Source: Candidatus Parcubacteria bacterium
GTDB taxonomy: Bacteria; Patescibacteriota; Minisyncoccia; Phycocordibacterales; CAIZLB01
NCBI GenBank assembly: GCA_043760135.1
Contig: JAYUPL010000009.1
Coordinates: forward strand, 1-54,184
Direction: 5' to 3'
Length of the DNA stretch: 54,184 bases
This document shows, piece after piece, positions 27,946-40,814 of the stretch (positions within the stretch are counted from its first letter, which is position 1; the number at the start of each line of letters is the position of its first letter). A program made the position numbers and the translations under genes. The notes below the pieces were generated by a model that was not told the DNA's origin, searched no databases, and saw nothing but the letters and a program-made list of their open reading frames with translations.

Positions 27946-28770
27946 ATGAAAAATATACAAATCAACGGAAAAATAATTAACATCAATATATCTGAAAATG
28001 GAGATGATTATATCTCATTGAGTGATATGGCTCAGTTTAAGTCTGGTAGTGCATCGGCGATGGTTATTGCTCACTGGCTTTCGAATAGAAACACTCTTAT
28101 GTATATAGGTATATGGGAAAAAATGTATAATCCTAATTTCAAAGTAACGGAATTCCGTTACTTTGAAATGAATGCTGGAATTAATGGATTTACTACTTCT
28201 CCATCACAGTTTATTAAGGCAACAGGAGCCATAAGTATAAAATCTTCTCTAGGGTGATATAGTACAGGAGTGTTCGCACACAAAGATATCGCTTTTGAAT
28301 TTGCAATGTGGATTTCACCTGAGTTTAAGTTATATTTGGTAAAAGAATTTCAGCGATTAAAATCTGAAGAACAAAAGAACCTGTCACTTGATTGGAATGC
28401 TAAAAGAATGCTTTCTAAAATTAATTATAAAATACAGACAGATTCTATTAATCGAAATATTATTATACCTAAAGAACTTACGAAAAACCAAGCTAAATTC
28501 GTATATGCATCAGAAGCCGATCTTTTGAATATGGCTTTGTTTGGTATGACTGCAAAAGAATGGTCTGTTCAAAATCCTGATAAAATAGGGAATATAAGAG
28601 ACCATGCTGATATATGTCAACTGGTGTGTTTATCAAATCTGGAAAGTATTAATGCTTTTTTAATACAAAATAATGTATTTCATCAGGATAGGATTGTTCA
28701 ACTTAATCAAACTGCCATCGCTCAAATGAATATTCTTGTTCAGAATAAGGATTTAATTCAACTTGAATAA
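27946..28770 (+). pseudogene. KilA-N domain DNA-binding protein interrupted by one in-frame TGA
   Basis: DYISLSDMA, WEKMYNPNF and AHKDIAFEFAMWISPEFKLYL motifs. Both ORFs are in the same frame, with TGA at 28255-28257. Confidence 0.88.
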
Positions 28771-28788
28771 TTTATTATTCTTTCAGCA

Positions 28789-28835
28789 AAACTTTATTTT
28801 TTCTTTTAAAATATTTTATCTCCCATCCGTAAAAT
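28789..28835 (+). repeat. 48-bp promoter-containing direct repeat, copy 3
   Basis: aaactttattttttcttttaaaatattttatctcccatccgtaaaat. ATG follows at 28843. Confidence 0.92.
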
Positions 28836-28842
28836 AGGGAGT

Positions 28843-31458
28843 ATGAAAAAAATATTATTAATCATCCTCACATTATCAACCCAAGTATCAGCTGATACTA
28901 TTATTACTGATGCATCATATGTAAATAAGACTGTAAATTGGAGTTCGGAGAAAAGTCCATATATTATCAGAGGTAACATAACCTTGTCCTCTTCAACTTT
29001 AAATATTAACAATGCTAAAGTCATTTTTGAGAATGGCTATATGGATATTATGGATAAGAGTATTGTTGCTATAAATGACTCAGAAGTATCTGGTTTTACA
29101 TTTTTGTACCCTTTAAGTTTATTTGGTTCAAGTGCAGTGATTAAAAATGTTAAATTAGATATTGATAAATTTATAGATGCATATGCGAGCAATGTTAAGA
29201 TTGATGGTTTGAATAGTTATAACTCATCAAATAATGTTTTGATTAATACATACAATGATTCAGATTTAAGTATTGAAAATTCCCATATTGAAAATTATCA
29301 AGGCATCATATTGAACCTCTTTAGGGCTGGTACTGTTAATATTCAAAATACAGAATTCAAAAATAATAAAAAAGTTATCGGACTACATTATGCTAGTTCA
29401 ACAACTATAAACAAGAATGATTTCGAGAATAATATTGTTGCAATTGAGTCATATATGCGTAATCTTAGTCAGGATGCAATAAACATGGAGTATAATTACT
29501 TCGAAAAAGATAACCCTATAATATATCGTGTTAAGGCAGATGCTCCTGTAAGTGAAAGGAATCTATTGGCCGGACCATTTTCCATAAGAGAATTTTCAAA
29601 AGTAAAAAACGTTAAAAAAGCCGAACTGTGCTGTTCGAACATACTGTTCTTACCCGGGGTGATGGGGAGTCGTCTATATATGTCCAGTCTCACTGAAAAC
29701 CAACTCTGGGAACCGAATAAAAATACCGATGTTAAAAAACTATATCTGGATGAGTTTGGAAAAAGTATAAACAATATTTTTACGAAGGAAATTATCGCCA
29801 AGACGAATATACTTGGTGGGCTGCCGTTTGTTGATAAAGATATATACAAAGATTTTACTGAATACTTAAATAAGTTAAAAAGTAAAAACACTATAACTGA
29901 CTATAATGCTGTTCCATATGATTGGCGGATGTCAGCAGATTATATATTAAATCAAGGTATAAAGCTCAAAGATAAAAATATTGATCTCGTGCAGACTATG
30001 AAAGACTTACAAAAAACATCTAAAACAGGGAAGGTAACTATTATTACTCACAGTAATGGAGGTTTAGTTGCAAAACAACTTATTCTCGAGCTACAAAAGG
30101 CTGGACTCGAGAGCGTGGTAGATAGAATTATTTTTGTTGCCATGCCGGAGTATGGTACTGCTCAGGCGATCACCGCATTGATGTTTGGTCATAATCAGTC
30201 TGTGGCTGGTGGACTTATTATGCGATCTTCTATTGCTCGAGAATTAGGAAAAAATATGCCAACCGCCTATACACTTTTACCATCAGAAAAATATTATACC
30301 TATAATGTTCATTCAGATAGATTGTTGCAGGAAACTGTTATTCGAAATTATTCTCGAGTAAATCAGGATTTGTGGAATAAGTCCAAAGAGCTCCACCTAC
30401 AATTGGATAATATTATCTATCCAAAAGATATGGGTATATATCAGATTTTGGGTACAGGGGTAAGTACTCTATCCGATATTTCACTTGATGATAAAAATAT
30501 ATATAAAATTATTCCTCTTTATAGTAAAAATGGAGACGGGGTTGTTGAAGACCTTCATTCATCGAGGCAGGGTACAGTTATGTATGTAGATTTAAATAAT
30601 ACAGCATATAAACATGCGAACATTATGAATAATCAAAAGGTTATTTCACATGTAAATAGTATCTTAAATCCACCTCGTATAGATTTTCCAGAATCAGGAC
30701 TAGACTACAATAAAATCATTAAAAATAATAATTACAAATTACTCCGAATTACCCCAAGTAATCCAAATAATAAATTATCTCAATACCTTACACCACTAGA
30801 TATGGAACTTAGTATTGGTATAAGTAAGATTACTGATAACACGGACAATGAATTATATTTTGATCGATATAGTGCAAATACCACAAATGATTTTCGTCAG
30901 GCCTTAGAGCACCTCAATAACAACCGTTTTGAAGAATTTGATGATGGTATAAATTATCTCTATACTACTGATATGGATAATTTCTCCATAAAACCAAGAA
31001 CAGATAATACAATAGATATAAGTATTTTGAAAAGTATTGATGGGGAAATATCAACAGTAGAGTATCAAGGTGTCCCTGTATTTAAAAATACCGAAATCAG
31101 CTTTGAACCTGGGAATAATTCCAATACGTTAAACATGACCCTGCCTACAACAGGACAGATTATTGAACTTGCTCAAGAAAAGTTAAAAATAGAACTCAGT
31201 CTAAATGAAAGAATAGATAAGGTTATGGCAGGAATACATTCCTCCAAAATGGAAAAATACCTCAAAGATAGGTATATAAGACGTATTGAACTCTATAGAC
31301 AAAATAAAGATACGAAGTATCTTGAAACGGTTAAAAAGAGGGTAACTGATGCTATCATATCTATCAACGGATTTTTATATAGTGCTGCTTTAAAATCTCG
31401 ATATGCAAAGCTCAAAGAAGATTATATCTACCTGAACTTCTTATTGCTAAAGCTTTAA
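28843..31458 (+). CDS. Secreted alpha/beta-hydrolase (lipase/LCAT-like) with an N-terminal beta-helix
   Basis: Signal peptide, LPGVMGS, YDWR, THSNGG and GDGVV motifs. Confidence 0.8.
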   Translation: MKKILLIILTLSTQVSADTIITDASYVNKTVNWSSEKSPYIIRGNITLSSSTLNINNAKVIFENGYMDIMDKSIVAINDSEVSGFTFLYPLSLFGSSAVIKNVKLDIDKFIDAYASNVKIDGLNSYNSSNNVLINTYNDSDLSIENSHIENYQGIILNLFRAGTVNIQNTEFKNNKKVIGLHYASSTTINKNDFENNIVAIESYMRNLSQDAINMEYNYFEKDNPIIYRVKADAPVSERNLLAGPFSIREFSKVKNVKKAELCCSNILFLPGVMGSRLYMSSLTENQLWEPNKNTDVKKLYLDEFGKSINNIFTKEIIAKTNILGGLPFVDKDIYKDFTEYLNKLKSKNTITDYNAVPYDWRMSADYILNQGIKLKDKNIDLVQTMKDLQKTSKTGKVTIITHSNGGLVAKQLILELQKAGLESVVDRIIFVAMPEYGTAQAITALMFGHNQSVAGGLIMRSSIARELGKNMPTAYTLLPSEKYYTYNVHSDRLLQETVIRNYSRVNQDLWNKSKELHLQLDNIIYPKDMGIYQILGTGVSTLSDISLDDKNIYKIIPLYSKNGDGVVEDLHSSRQGTVMYVDLNNTAYKHANIMNNQKVISHVNSILNPPRIDFPESGLDYNKIIKNNNYKLLRITPSNPNNKLSQYLTPLDMELSIGISKITDNTDNELYFDRYSANTTNDFRQALEHLNNNRFEEFDDGINYLYTTDMDNFSIKPRTDNTIDISILKSIDGEISTVEYQGVPVFKNTEISFEPGNNSNTLNMTLPTTGQIIELAQEKLKIELSLNERIDKVMAGIHSSKMEKYLKDRYIRRIELYRQNKDTKYLETVKKRVTDAIISINGFLYSAALKSRYAKLKEDYIYLNFLLLKL

Positions 31459-31477
31459 AATCGTGATAATGTATCAA

Positions 31478-31570
31478 CGTGGTCTCGAATACCATAGGTG
31501 GTATGAAAGCAATTTCAAAGCCATAAACCCTGTGTAGATTCCGGCTCTGCCTCTGGCAGAAGCCCGACCT
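31478..31570 (+). promoter_or_regulatory. Probable L10 leader (autoregulatory RNA)
   Basis: Structured leader directly upstream of rplJ with a gaatacc-ataggt...taaaccctg pattern. Confidence 0.55.
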
Positions 31571-31603
31571 AATTAAAAACAGAAACTTAATATAAATCAA
31601 TAT

Positions 31604-32092
31604 ATGGCAATTTCAAAAAACAAAAAAGTTGAAGTTGTATCAAATGTATCTGATATCGCTCAAAAATCAGGATCATTGGTATTTGTGAATTTTCACAAAT
31701 TAAATGTTGTTGAGACAGGTGAAGTTAGAAATTCACTTAGAAAAGCAGATGTTGGATACCGCGTTGCTAAGAAAACATTGATTAAAAGAGCATTGGCTGA
31801 CCTAGGTATTAAAGGCGAACTCCCATCTCTAGATGGAGAAGTTGCCTTGGTATATGGAGATGACTTGCTTGCCCCTGCGAGAGAAGTTCTAGAATTTACA
31901 AAAAAATTCAAAGACAGACTTTCAATCATCGGTGGTATATTTGATAATGAATACAAATCAAAGGAAGAAATGATGTCAATCGCTTCTATTCCAGATTTCA
32001 AAACATTACAAGCTCAATTTGTTCAACTTATCAATTCACCTATACAACGATTTGTACTTGCTCTTGACGCTATTGCGAAAAAAGGAGAATAA
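31604..32092 (+). CDS. rplJ: 50S ribosomal protein L10
   Basis: VAKKTLIKRA motif. Upstream of L7/L12. Confidence 0.96.
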   Translation: MAISKNKKVEVVSNVSDIAQKSGSLVFVNFHKLNVVETGEVRNSLRKADVGYRVAKKTLIKRALADLGIKGELPSLDGEVALVYGDDLLAPAREVLEFTKKFKDRLSIIGGIFDNEYKSKEEMMSIASIPDFKTLQAQFVQLINSPIQRFVLALDAIAKKGE

Positions 32093-32136
32093 GGCAATCA
32101 ACTATATTTATTAAATAATTAAATTAAAATAAAATT

Positions 32137-32565
32137 ATGACAGAAGAAGAAACAAACACAGCAGCAGTAGAAGCTACAACTGAAGAAGTTGTTGCAACTC
32201 CAGCCCAATTTAAAACAGTGGTAGAGGCTATCGAAAAAATGACTGTTCTAGAATTACATGAACTTGTAAAATTCCTAGAAAAGAAATTTGGCGTTTCAGC
32301 ATCAGCGGTAGCCGCAGCAGCTCCAGCCGGAGGTGCCGCAGCAGCAGATGAGAAAACATCATTCGATGTTAACCTAAAAGACGGAGGTGCTAACAAGATC
32401 TCAGTTATTAAAGTTATCAAAGAAGTACTAGGTCTAGGTCTTAAAGAGGCTAAAGACTTGGTTGATGGAGCACCAGCTGTTATCAAAGCAGGTATGAAAA
32501 AAGAAGATGCAGAAGCATTGAAAAAACAAATAGAAGAAGCTGGTGGATCTGTAGAATTGAAATAA
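32137..32565 (+). CDS. rplL: 50S ribosomal protein L7/L12
   Basis: [11 protein letters not shown] and [12 protein letters not shown] motifs. Confidence 0.98.
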   Translation: MTEEETNTAAVEATTEEVVATPAQFKTVVEAIEKMTVLELHELVKFLEKKFGVSASAVAAAAPAGGAAAADEKTSFDVNLKDGGANKISVIKVIKEVLGLGLKEAKDLVDGAPAVIKAGMKKEDAEALKKQIEEAGGSVELK

Positions 32566-32681
32566 TTCGACACTAATCCAACACTTATTGACCTTTTGGT
32601 CACTTTTGACAGGGAAACCGTATATATTATATGGTTTTTTTGTTTGCCTAACATTGACCCAAAACGTGATATATTTATAAT

Positions 32682-33566
32682 ATGAATAAGAAAAAATCAG
32701 CAATCAAAAAACTCGCTGCAAAACAAAGTAAGAAAGTTGTTAAAAAAGCTGTATCTACAATAAAAAAAACAGTTAAAAAAGTTATTGCAAAACAAAAATC
32801 TAGAATTAAACCAAAAGTAAAAATAGTTGTAAAACCAAAACCAAAGTTAAAACCAAAGCCGAGACCACGACCAAAACCTAAGGCTGTAGTTAAAGCTGTT
32901 GTAAAACCTAAACCTCAACCAAAACCAAAAGTTCAGATAGTTTTGAGACCGAAAGAAACTGTTATTGATTCAAAAGAAAATACAGATATGCAAATTCTTG
33001 AGAATTTGTTGGGGGGACAAAACAAAGTAAGACTTTGGAAGGTCTTTGTGTTGAATCCTGTTAAAGACTTTGTGTTAAAAGATTTGATCAGATTAACAAA
33101 AATAAAACACGACACTCTTATATTAGAGTTAAGAGACCTAATGAAGTTTGGAATCATTAAGGCTGGAAGAAAAGAAAAAGTAATATCATACAGAACTAAC
33201 AGAAATTTTCCATTATTGTCAGAGATTACAGAAATGGTTCTTTCTGTTGTGCCCAGATCGGTTGAAAAGATATTAGAGAAATTGAACAGGTTGAACAGGT
33301 TGAAAGTGGTTGTACTTTCAGGTTTCTTCACCTCATCAAAATTTACAAATTCAAATCTAGACTTACTGTTGGTTTTTGAGAAAATCCCAGATAACGTAGA
33401 TGTAATTGTTTCAGAGTTGGAATATAGTATTGGAAAAGAGCTCTCTTATTCTGCTTTAGATCAAACTGATTTTAAATACAGACATTCAATAGGTGATAAG
33501 CTTATTCGCGATGTGTTGGATTTTGAGCATATTGTTGCTATGGATAAGCTATCTTTCTTCAGATAA
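32682..33566 (+). CDS. wHTH plus nucleotidyltransferase-like protein with a Lys/Pro-rich N-terminal tail
   Basis: About 95 aa of K/P/V low complexity, then LLGGQNKVRL and LSGFF...LDLLLV. Confidence 0.7.
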   Translation: MNKKKSAIKKLAAKQSKKVVKKAVSTIKKTVKKVIAKQKSRIKPKVKIVVKPKPKLKPKPRPRPKPKAVVKAVVKPKPQPKPKVQIVLRPKETVIDSKENTDMQILENLLGGQNKVRLWKVFVLNPVKDFVLKDLIRLTKIKHDTLILELRDLMKFGIIKAGRKEKVISYRTNRNFPLLSEITEMVLSVVPRSVEKILEKLNRLNRLKVVVLSGFFTSSKFTNSNLDLLLVFEKIPDNVDVIVSELEYSIGKELSYSALDQTDFKYRHSIGDKLIRDVLDFEHIVAMDKLSFFR

Positions 33567-33633
33567 TTATATGGTATAATTAGTCCGTATTAATAATTTA
33601 ATAAAATATATAAAAATATAAACAAAAAAACAT

Positions 33634-34338
33634 ATGCCGACACAAATATTTAATTCAGGATTAGTGGGGAATGCAGTATCAGAATCTTATGTAAGTGTGA
33701 AAGATGCACTACTTGGATACGGTATCCTAATATTATTAGCAACAATAATTTTTGTTATAACTTGGGTGGTTGCAGACTATGTAGGTAGATTGGTAAAAAA
33801 AGTATTTGATAAAATGAATCTAGATGGTGCTTTGAAACAAGCAGGTCTTGGTGAAGTTCTACGTCGCGGTGGAGTTAACCTAAATACAGGTTCTTTCTTC
33901 GGTGGCCTATTAAAATGGACAATCATCACAGTAATGTTCCTAGCAATATTACAAATGCTAGGTCTATCTGATGTATCCATGATCATCGGTTCAATGGTTG
34001 TTCTGTATCTTCCAAAGATTGTAGTGGCAATATTGATTATGCTGGTTGCCTTTATATTAGGTGATGTATTAAAGAAGGTTGTTACAACAGGAGCAGCTAA
34101 TGCACACCTTGCTTCAGCTCGAATGTTAGGATCATTAACAAAAACTTCAATAATAGTATTTGCTATATTGTCAGCTCTTGTACAACTTGGTATTGCAGTT
34201 ACACTTATAAATACAGTATTTATAGGAGTAGTGGTTGCAGCTTCTCTAGCTTCTGGTATTGCATTCGGTCTAGGAGGAAAGGAAATGGCTACTCGTATGT
34301 TAAGTAGAGCTTCTGAAGAATTGACTCATAGAAGGTAA
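33634..34338 (+). CDS. Conserved TM-helix repeat protein (CmpX/MscS-like)
   Basis: YLPKIVVAILI and AFGLGG motifs. Confidence 0.8.
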   Translation: MPTQIFNSGLVGNAVSESYVSVKDALLGYGILILLATIIFVITWVVADYVGRLVKKVFDKMNLDGALKQAGLGEVLRRGGVNLNTGSFFGGLLKWTIITVMFLAILQMLGLSDVSMIIGSMVVLYLPKIVVAILIMLVAFILGDVLKKVVTTGAANAHLASARMLGSLTKTSIIVFAILSALVQLGIAVTLINTVFIGVVVAASLASGIAFGLGGKEMATRMLSRASEELTHRR

Positions 34339-34388
34339 TTTGACCAAAATAGCTTGACTTTAAGGTCACACTATGCTATCATCACTTA

Positions 34389-34490
34389 TGTGAGGTCGGG
34401 GGAGGATGTTAGGCAACTAACAAAAACCTCCGAATTCCAAACGAAATGTGAAAAGGGCTCTCGGCTTCGGCCAAGAGGCCTTTTCATTTG
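34389..34490 (+). ncRNA. Candidate orphan sRNA
   Basis: TTGACT-17-TATCAT promoter. Hairpin GGAGG/TGTTAG-GCAA-CTAACA/CCTCC, then a UUCG-capped terminal hairpin. Confidence 0.65.
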
Positions 34491-34620
34491 GTCAATTTTG
34501 GTTGTTTTGCTAAAATAGGCAAACAGGTCTATAATATATAGACGTATTCGTTAACATAGTCGACTAGCCACTGCACTCACATTAACATTTCGTTTGGAGC
34601 TCGCATTCGGCTAGTCGACC

Positions 34621-35337
34621 ATGGGTGTGAATACTAAAACTAAAAAAAATACTGGCAAGAATAATACCGCGCTGAATTTTCACATAGTCTCTCTTTTTCC
34701 GGAGTCTTTTGAGTCATATATAGATAAATCAATCATTGCTCGTGCAATAGAAAATAAGTTCATACAAGTAGATTTTTATAATCCAAAAAAGTTTGCTAGT
34801 GCTAACAAGGGAGGGATAACTAAAGTCGATGACAGACCATATGGAGGAGGTCCAGGAATGGTTATCCAAGCTGAGCCGGTGATCAAAAGTATTGAGAAAA
34901 TTTTAACAAAAAAAACTATAGTTAAAGCAAAAACATTGATCATTTTTTTATCTCCATCAGGCGTTCAATTTGATACGGAACTTGCTACAAAATTTTCAAA
35001 AAAATATAAAGATATTATCATTGTTTGTGGACGCTATGAAGGTATCGATGCACGGGTAAAAAAAGTTTTTAAAATGATAGATATATCTGTCGGTCCATGG
35101 GTAACTACTGGTGGTGAATTGCCTGCACTGATCATGATTGATGTGATTGCTCGACAAGTTGAAGGTGTTCTTGGAAAATTTGAATCGAGAGAAGAAGCTC
35201 GAGTGTCTTCATCTGAAGTGTATACTCGTCCTGAAGTTTTAATGTATAAAAATAAGAAATATAAAGTACCTAAAGTTTTGTTGTCAGGTAATCATAAGGA
35301 GATTGATGCGTATAGGTTAGGGAAGGGAGAGAATTAA
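34621..35337 (+). CDS. trmD: tRNA (m1G37) methyltransferase
   Basis: VDDRPYGGGPGM, CGRYEGIDAR and LLSGNH motifs. Confidence 0.97.
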   Translation: MGVNTKTKKNTGKNNTALNFHIVSLFPESFESYIDKSIIARAIENKFIQVDFYNPKKFASANKGGITKVDDRPYGGGPGMVIQAEPVIKSIEKILTKKTIVKAKTLIIFLSPSGVQFDTELATKFSKKYKDIIIVCGRYEGIDARVKKVFKMIDISVGPWVTTGGELPALIMIDVIARQVEGVLGKFESREEARVSSSEVYTRPEVLMYKNKKYKVPKVLLSGNHKEIDAYRLGKGEN

Positions 35338-35594
35338 TACACAGTATCATGATCACCAACATACAAAAGATGAACAACATTTTTATTTTTACCGTATTCA
35401 AAAATGATCCGTATTTTATAATTTACAGAAAAAGAATACGAATTATCCATATTTTTCAGCTTGTGAACTTTTAAAGATATGTGATTCTCTTTGTTGGAAA
35501 ATTTTTCAATCTTTTCCTTTATATCCGAACACAAGCTGGGGCTTAATTTTGTATACATTCTTAAAAAATGCGGGGTGTACAATATTTCTATCAT
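35334..35594 (-). CDS. RelE/ParE-family toxin
   Basis: LKVHKLK, YSFSVNYKIRIIF and VGDHDTVY motifs. Confidence 0.85.
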   Translation of the reverse strand: MIEILYTPHFLRMYTKLSPSLCSDIKEKIEKFSNKENHISLKVHKLKNMDNSYSFSVNYKIRIIFEYGKNKNVVHLLYVGDHDTVY

Positions 35595-35604
35595 GTTATG
35601 TATT

Positions 35605-35826
35605 TTACTTAAAACCCTTAGATAGTTCGTCCAAATTACCTTTTAATAATTTTCCAGCTTTTGCTTCTGCTTTGGCATCTAGTATCTGCCTTATGAACAC
35701 GTCTTCCTTCATGTTTTGGATGGCGCGTCGAACAAGATCAGCTTTGCTTGAAGCCTCCCCGAGCCTTACCTGGCTGTTTATAAAGTTATTTAATTCAGCT
35801 GTTATTGGTATCGTTATTGTTGTCAT
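35605..35826 (-). CDS. Ribbon-helix-helix antitoxin (ParD-like)
   Basis: TITIPI...GEASSKADLVRRAI. Directly upstream of the toxin. Confidence 0.85.
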   Translation of the reverse strand: MTTITIPITAELNNFINSQVRLGEASSKADLVRRAIQNMKEDVFIRQILDAKAEAKAGKLLKGNLDELSKGFK

Positions 35827-36061
35827 GATACTAGTATATAGTACTATAAGTTAGTATGTCAAGAGATGACGTTTAAGTCATTTGGAAAATATTGCTCCCC
35901 TATAGTTTCTGTGCAAAAAAACTCAAGTACCAGGTTTATATCAAGAATCTTTTCAAAAATATTTTTTAAGGGACAATCATCTAAAAATTGTTATTTTATA
36001 AGTGTTTTTATAGTTATCTACATGTCCTTTACAAAAAGTAGAGAAATCCCCATATAAAAGC

Positions 36062-36090
36062 TTGACTTTGTTTTAGATTTGTATATAATA
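36062..36090 (+). promoter_or_regulatory. Sigma70 promoter of the 23S-5S unit
   Basis: TTGACT...TATAAT. Confidence 0.7.
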
Positions 36091-36350
36091 GACGTCCATA
36101 CAGTATGATAATAAAGACTCAACAAGAGCGGATATAAAGACCCAAGCAATAGCTTAAAGTTTTAATATCCGCTTTTCACGAGAGCGGATTTTTCTTCGCA
36201 AATTGACAATTACAAACCTTGGCGTAAACAAATTGTTGAGTAAACAATTTGGCAATCGGGATTTCTCAGGAAAGCCCCCGGTTGAAAAATTAGGTAAACG
36301 CACAAGGATAATTAACATACATTTTCACGATTGTGGTATATGTATTTCCT

Positions 36351-39686
<3,336 letters not shown>

Positions 39687-39784
39687 GGAAATATGTATAT
39701 CCAATCGTGAAAGTGTATGTTAATTAAATTGTAATTGTCAATTTTAAAAATTGAAAATAAATGAAAAAGTATCGACTTTTTTGT

Positions 39785-39895
39785 TCTGGTGACTCGTTGG
39801 AGGGGCCACACCTGATCTCATTCCGAACTCAGAAGTTAAGCCCTCTTAAGGCGATGGTACAAGCTTTACGCAAGGAGAGTAGCTTGTCGCCGGAA
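39785..39895 (+). rRNA. rrf: 5S rRNA
   Basis: CACCTGATCTCATTCCGAACTCAGAAGTTAAG and GAGAGTAG motifs. Confidence 0.95.
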
Positions 39896-40072
39896 CAAAG
39901 TAGTCGATTTTTTTCTAGCTTAGTTTAATCAAAACAAGAATGTAGGTGGCCTTAGGTCCTATTCTTATATTGGCAAATCCAGTAGCTAGATGTTCTCCCA
40001 ATAGGGAGTTTTTTTATTGCCTACGATATAATTTTATTCCAACACTACCCCACATCTGGTATACTGATACAC

Positions 40073-40489
40073 ATGACAAACACAAAAAACAACCAGCGCT
40101 GGCTTCAAAGACTTGATAATCTCGATAGTGTTTTATTGCAATTACAAAAGGAACTGTCCGATCCTCAAAAAGAGTTCTCGCTCATAGAGCGAACAGGCAT
40201 AATTCATTTTTTTGAAATGGCTTTTGAGCTATCTTGGAAAACGCTTAAAGATTTTTTCGAATACAAGGATATAGAAGTTTTTTCGTCCCCTCGGGATGTT
40301 ATAAAGCATGCAGGAAAACTTGAATTGCTTGATAGTGAACTATGGCTAACCATGCTTGAAGACAGAAACCTTTCAAATCATACCTATGATGAAAAATTAT
40401 CAATAGAGTTGTTTAATGACATAAAAGAAAACACATATGTAGGTTTATTTAAAAAATTAAGCAGTGCATTACATGCGCTGAATCAATAA
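40073..40489 (+). CDS. HEPN toxin (HI0074-like)
   Basis: FEMAFELSWK and RNLSNH (Rx4H) motifs. Confidence 0.9.
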   Translation: MTNTKNNQRWLQRLDNLDSVLLQLQKELSDPQKEFSLIERTGIIHFFEMAFELSWKTLKDFFEYKDIEVFSSPRDVIKHAGKLELLDSELWLTMLEDRNLSNHTYDEKLSIELFNDIKENTYVGLFKKLSSALHALNQ

Positions 40490-40492
40490 TAT

Positions 40493-40777
40493 ATGGGACT
40501 TGAAGATAAATATGTAAATGAAATAAAAACAGCTGGTAAAAAATACGGTATACAAAAAATTATACTGTTTGGTTCTAGAGCGTTAGGAACTCAAAAAAAA
40601 CATTCAGACGTTGATATTGCAATATTGTGTTCAGATCGAAAAACCTTTTTAAACTATAAGACATACTTAGAATATGAGACGTCTATACCGTACACGTTTG
40701 ATGTTATTCGCTTAAGTGACATAACTCATAAAAAATTATTGAAGCATATAGAAGATCACGGTATTTTGCTGCAATAA
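40493..40777 (+). CDS. Minimal nucleotidyltransferase antitoxin (MNT)
   Basis: LFGSRA...SDVD motif. Confidence 0.9.
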   Translation: MGLEDKYVNEIKTAGKKYGIQKIILFGSRALGTQKKHSDVDIAILCSDRKTFLNYKTYLEYETSIPYTFDVIRLSDITHKKLLKHIEDHGILLQ

Positions 40778-40814
40778 GCTCCACCACCTAAACTTTTTAT
40801 GGTATAATCCGTTT

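Noticed and set aside
28255-28257. TGA recoded as Gly (genetic code 25)
   Set aside because: Long core genes are intact under the standard code, and the aligned residue is Arg rather than Gly.
23818-34490. Candidate ncRNAs as SRP RNA, RNase P RNA or hammerhead ribozymes
   Set aside because: I could not find the conserved cores of these families.
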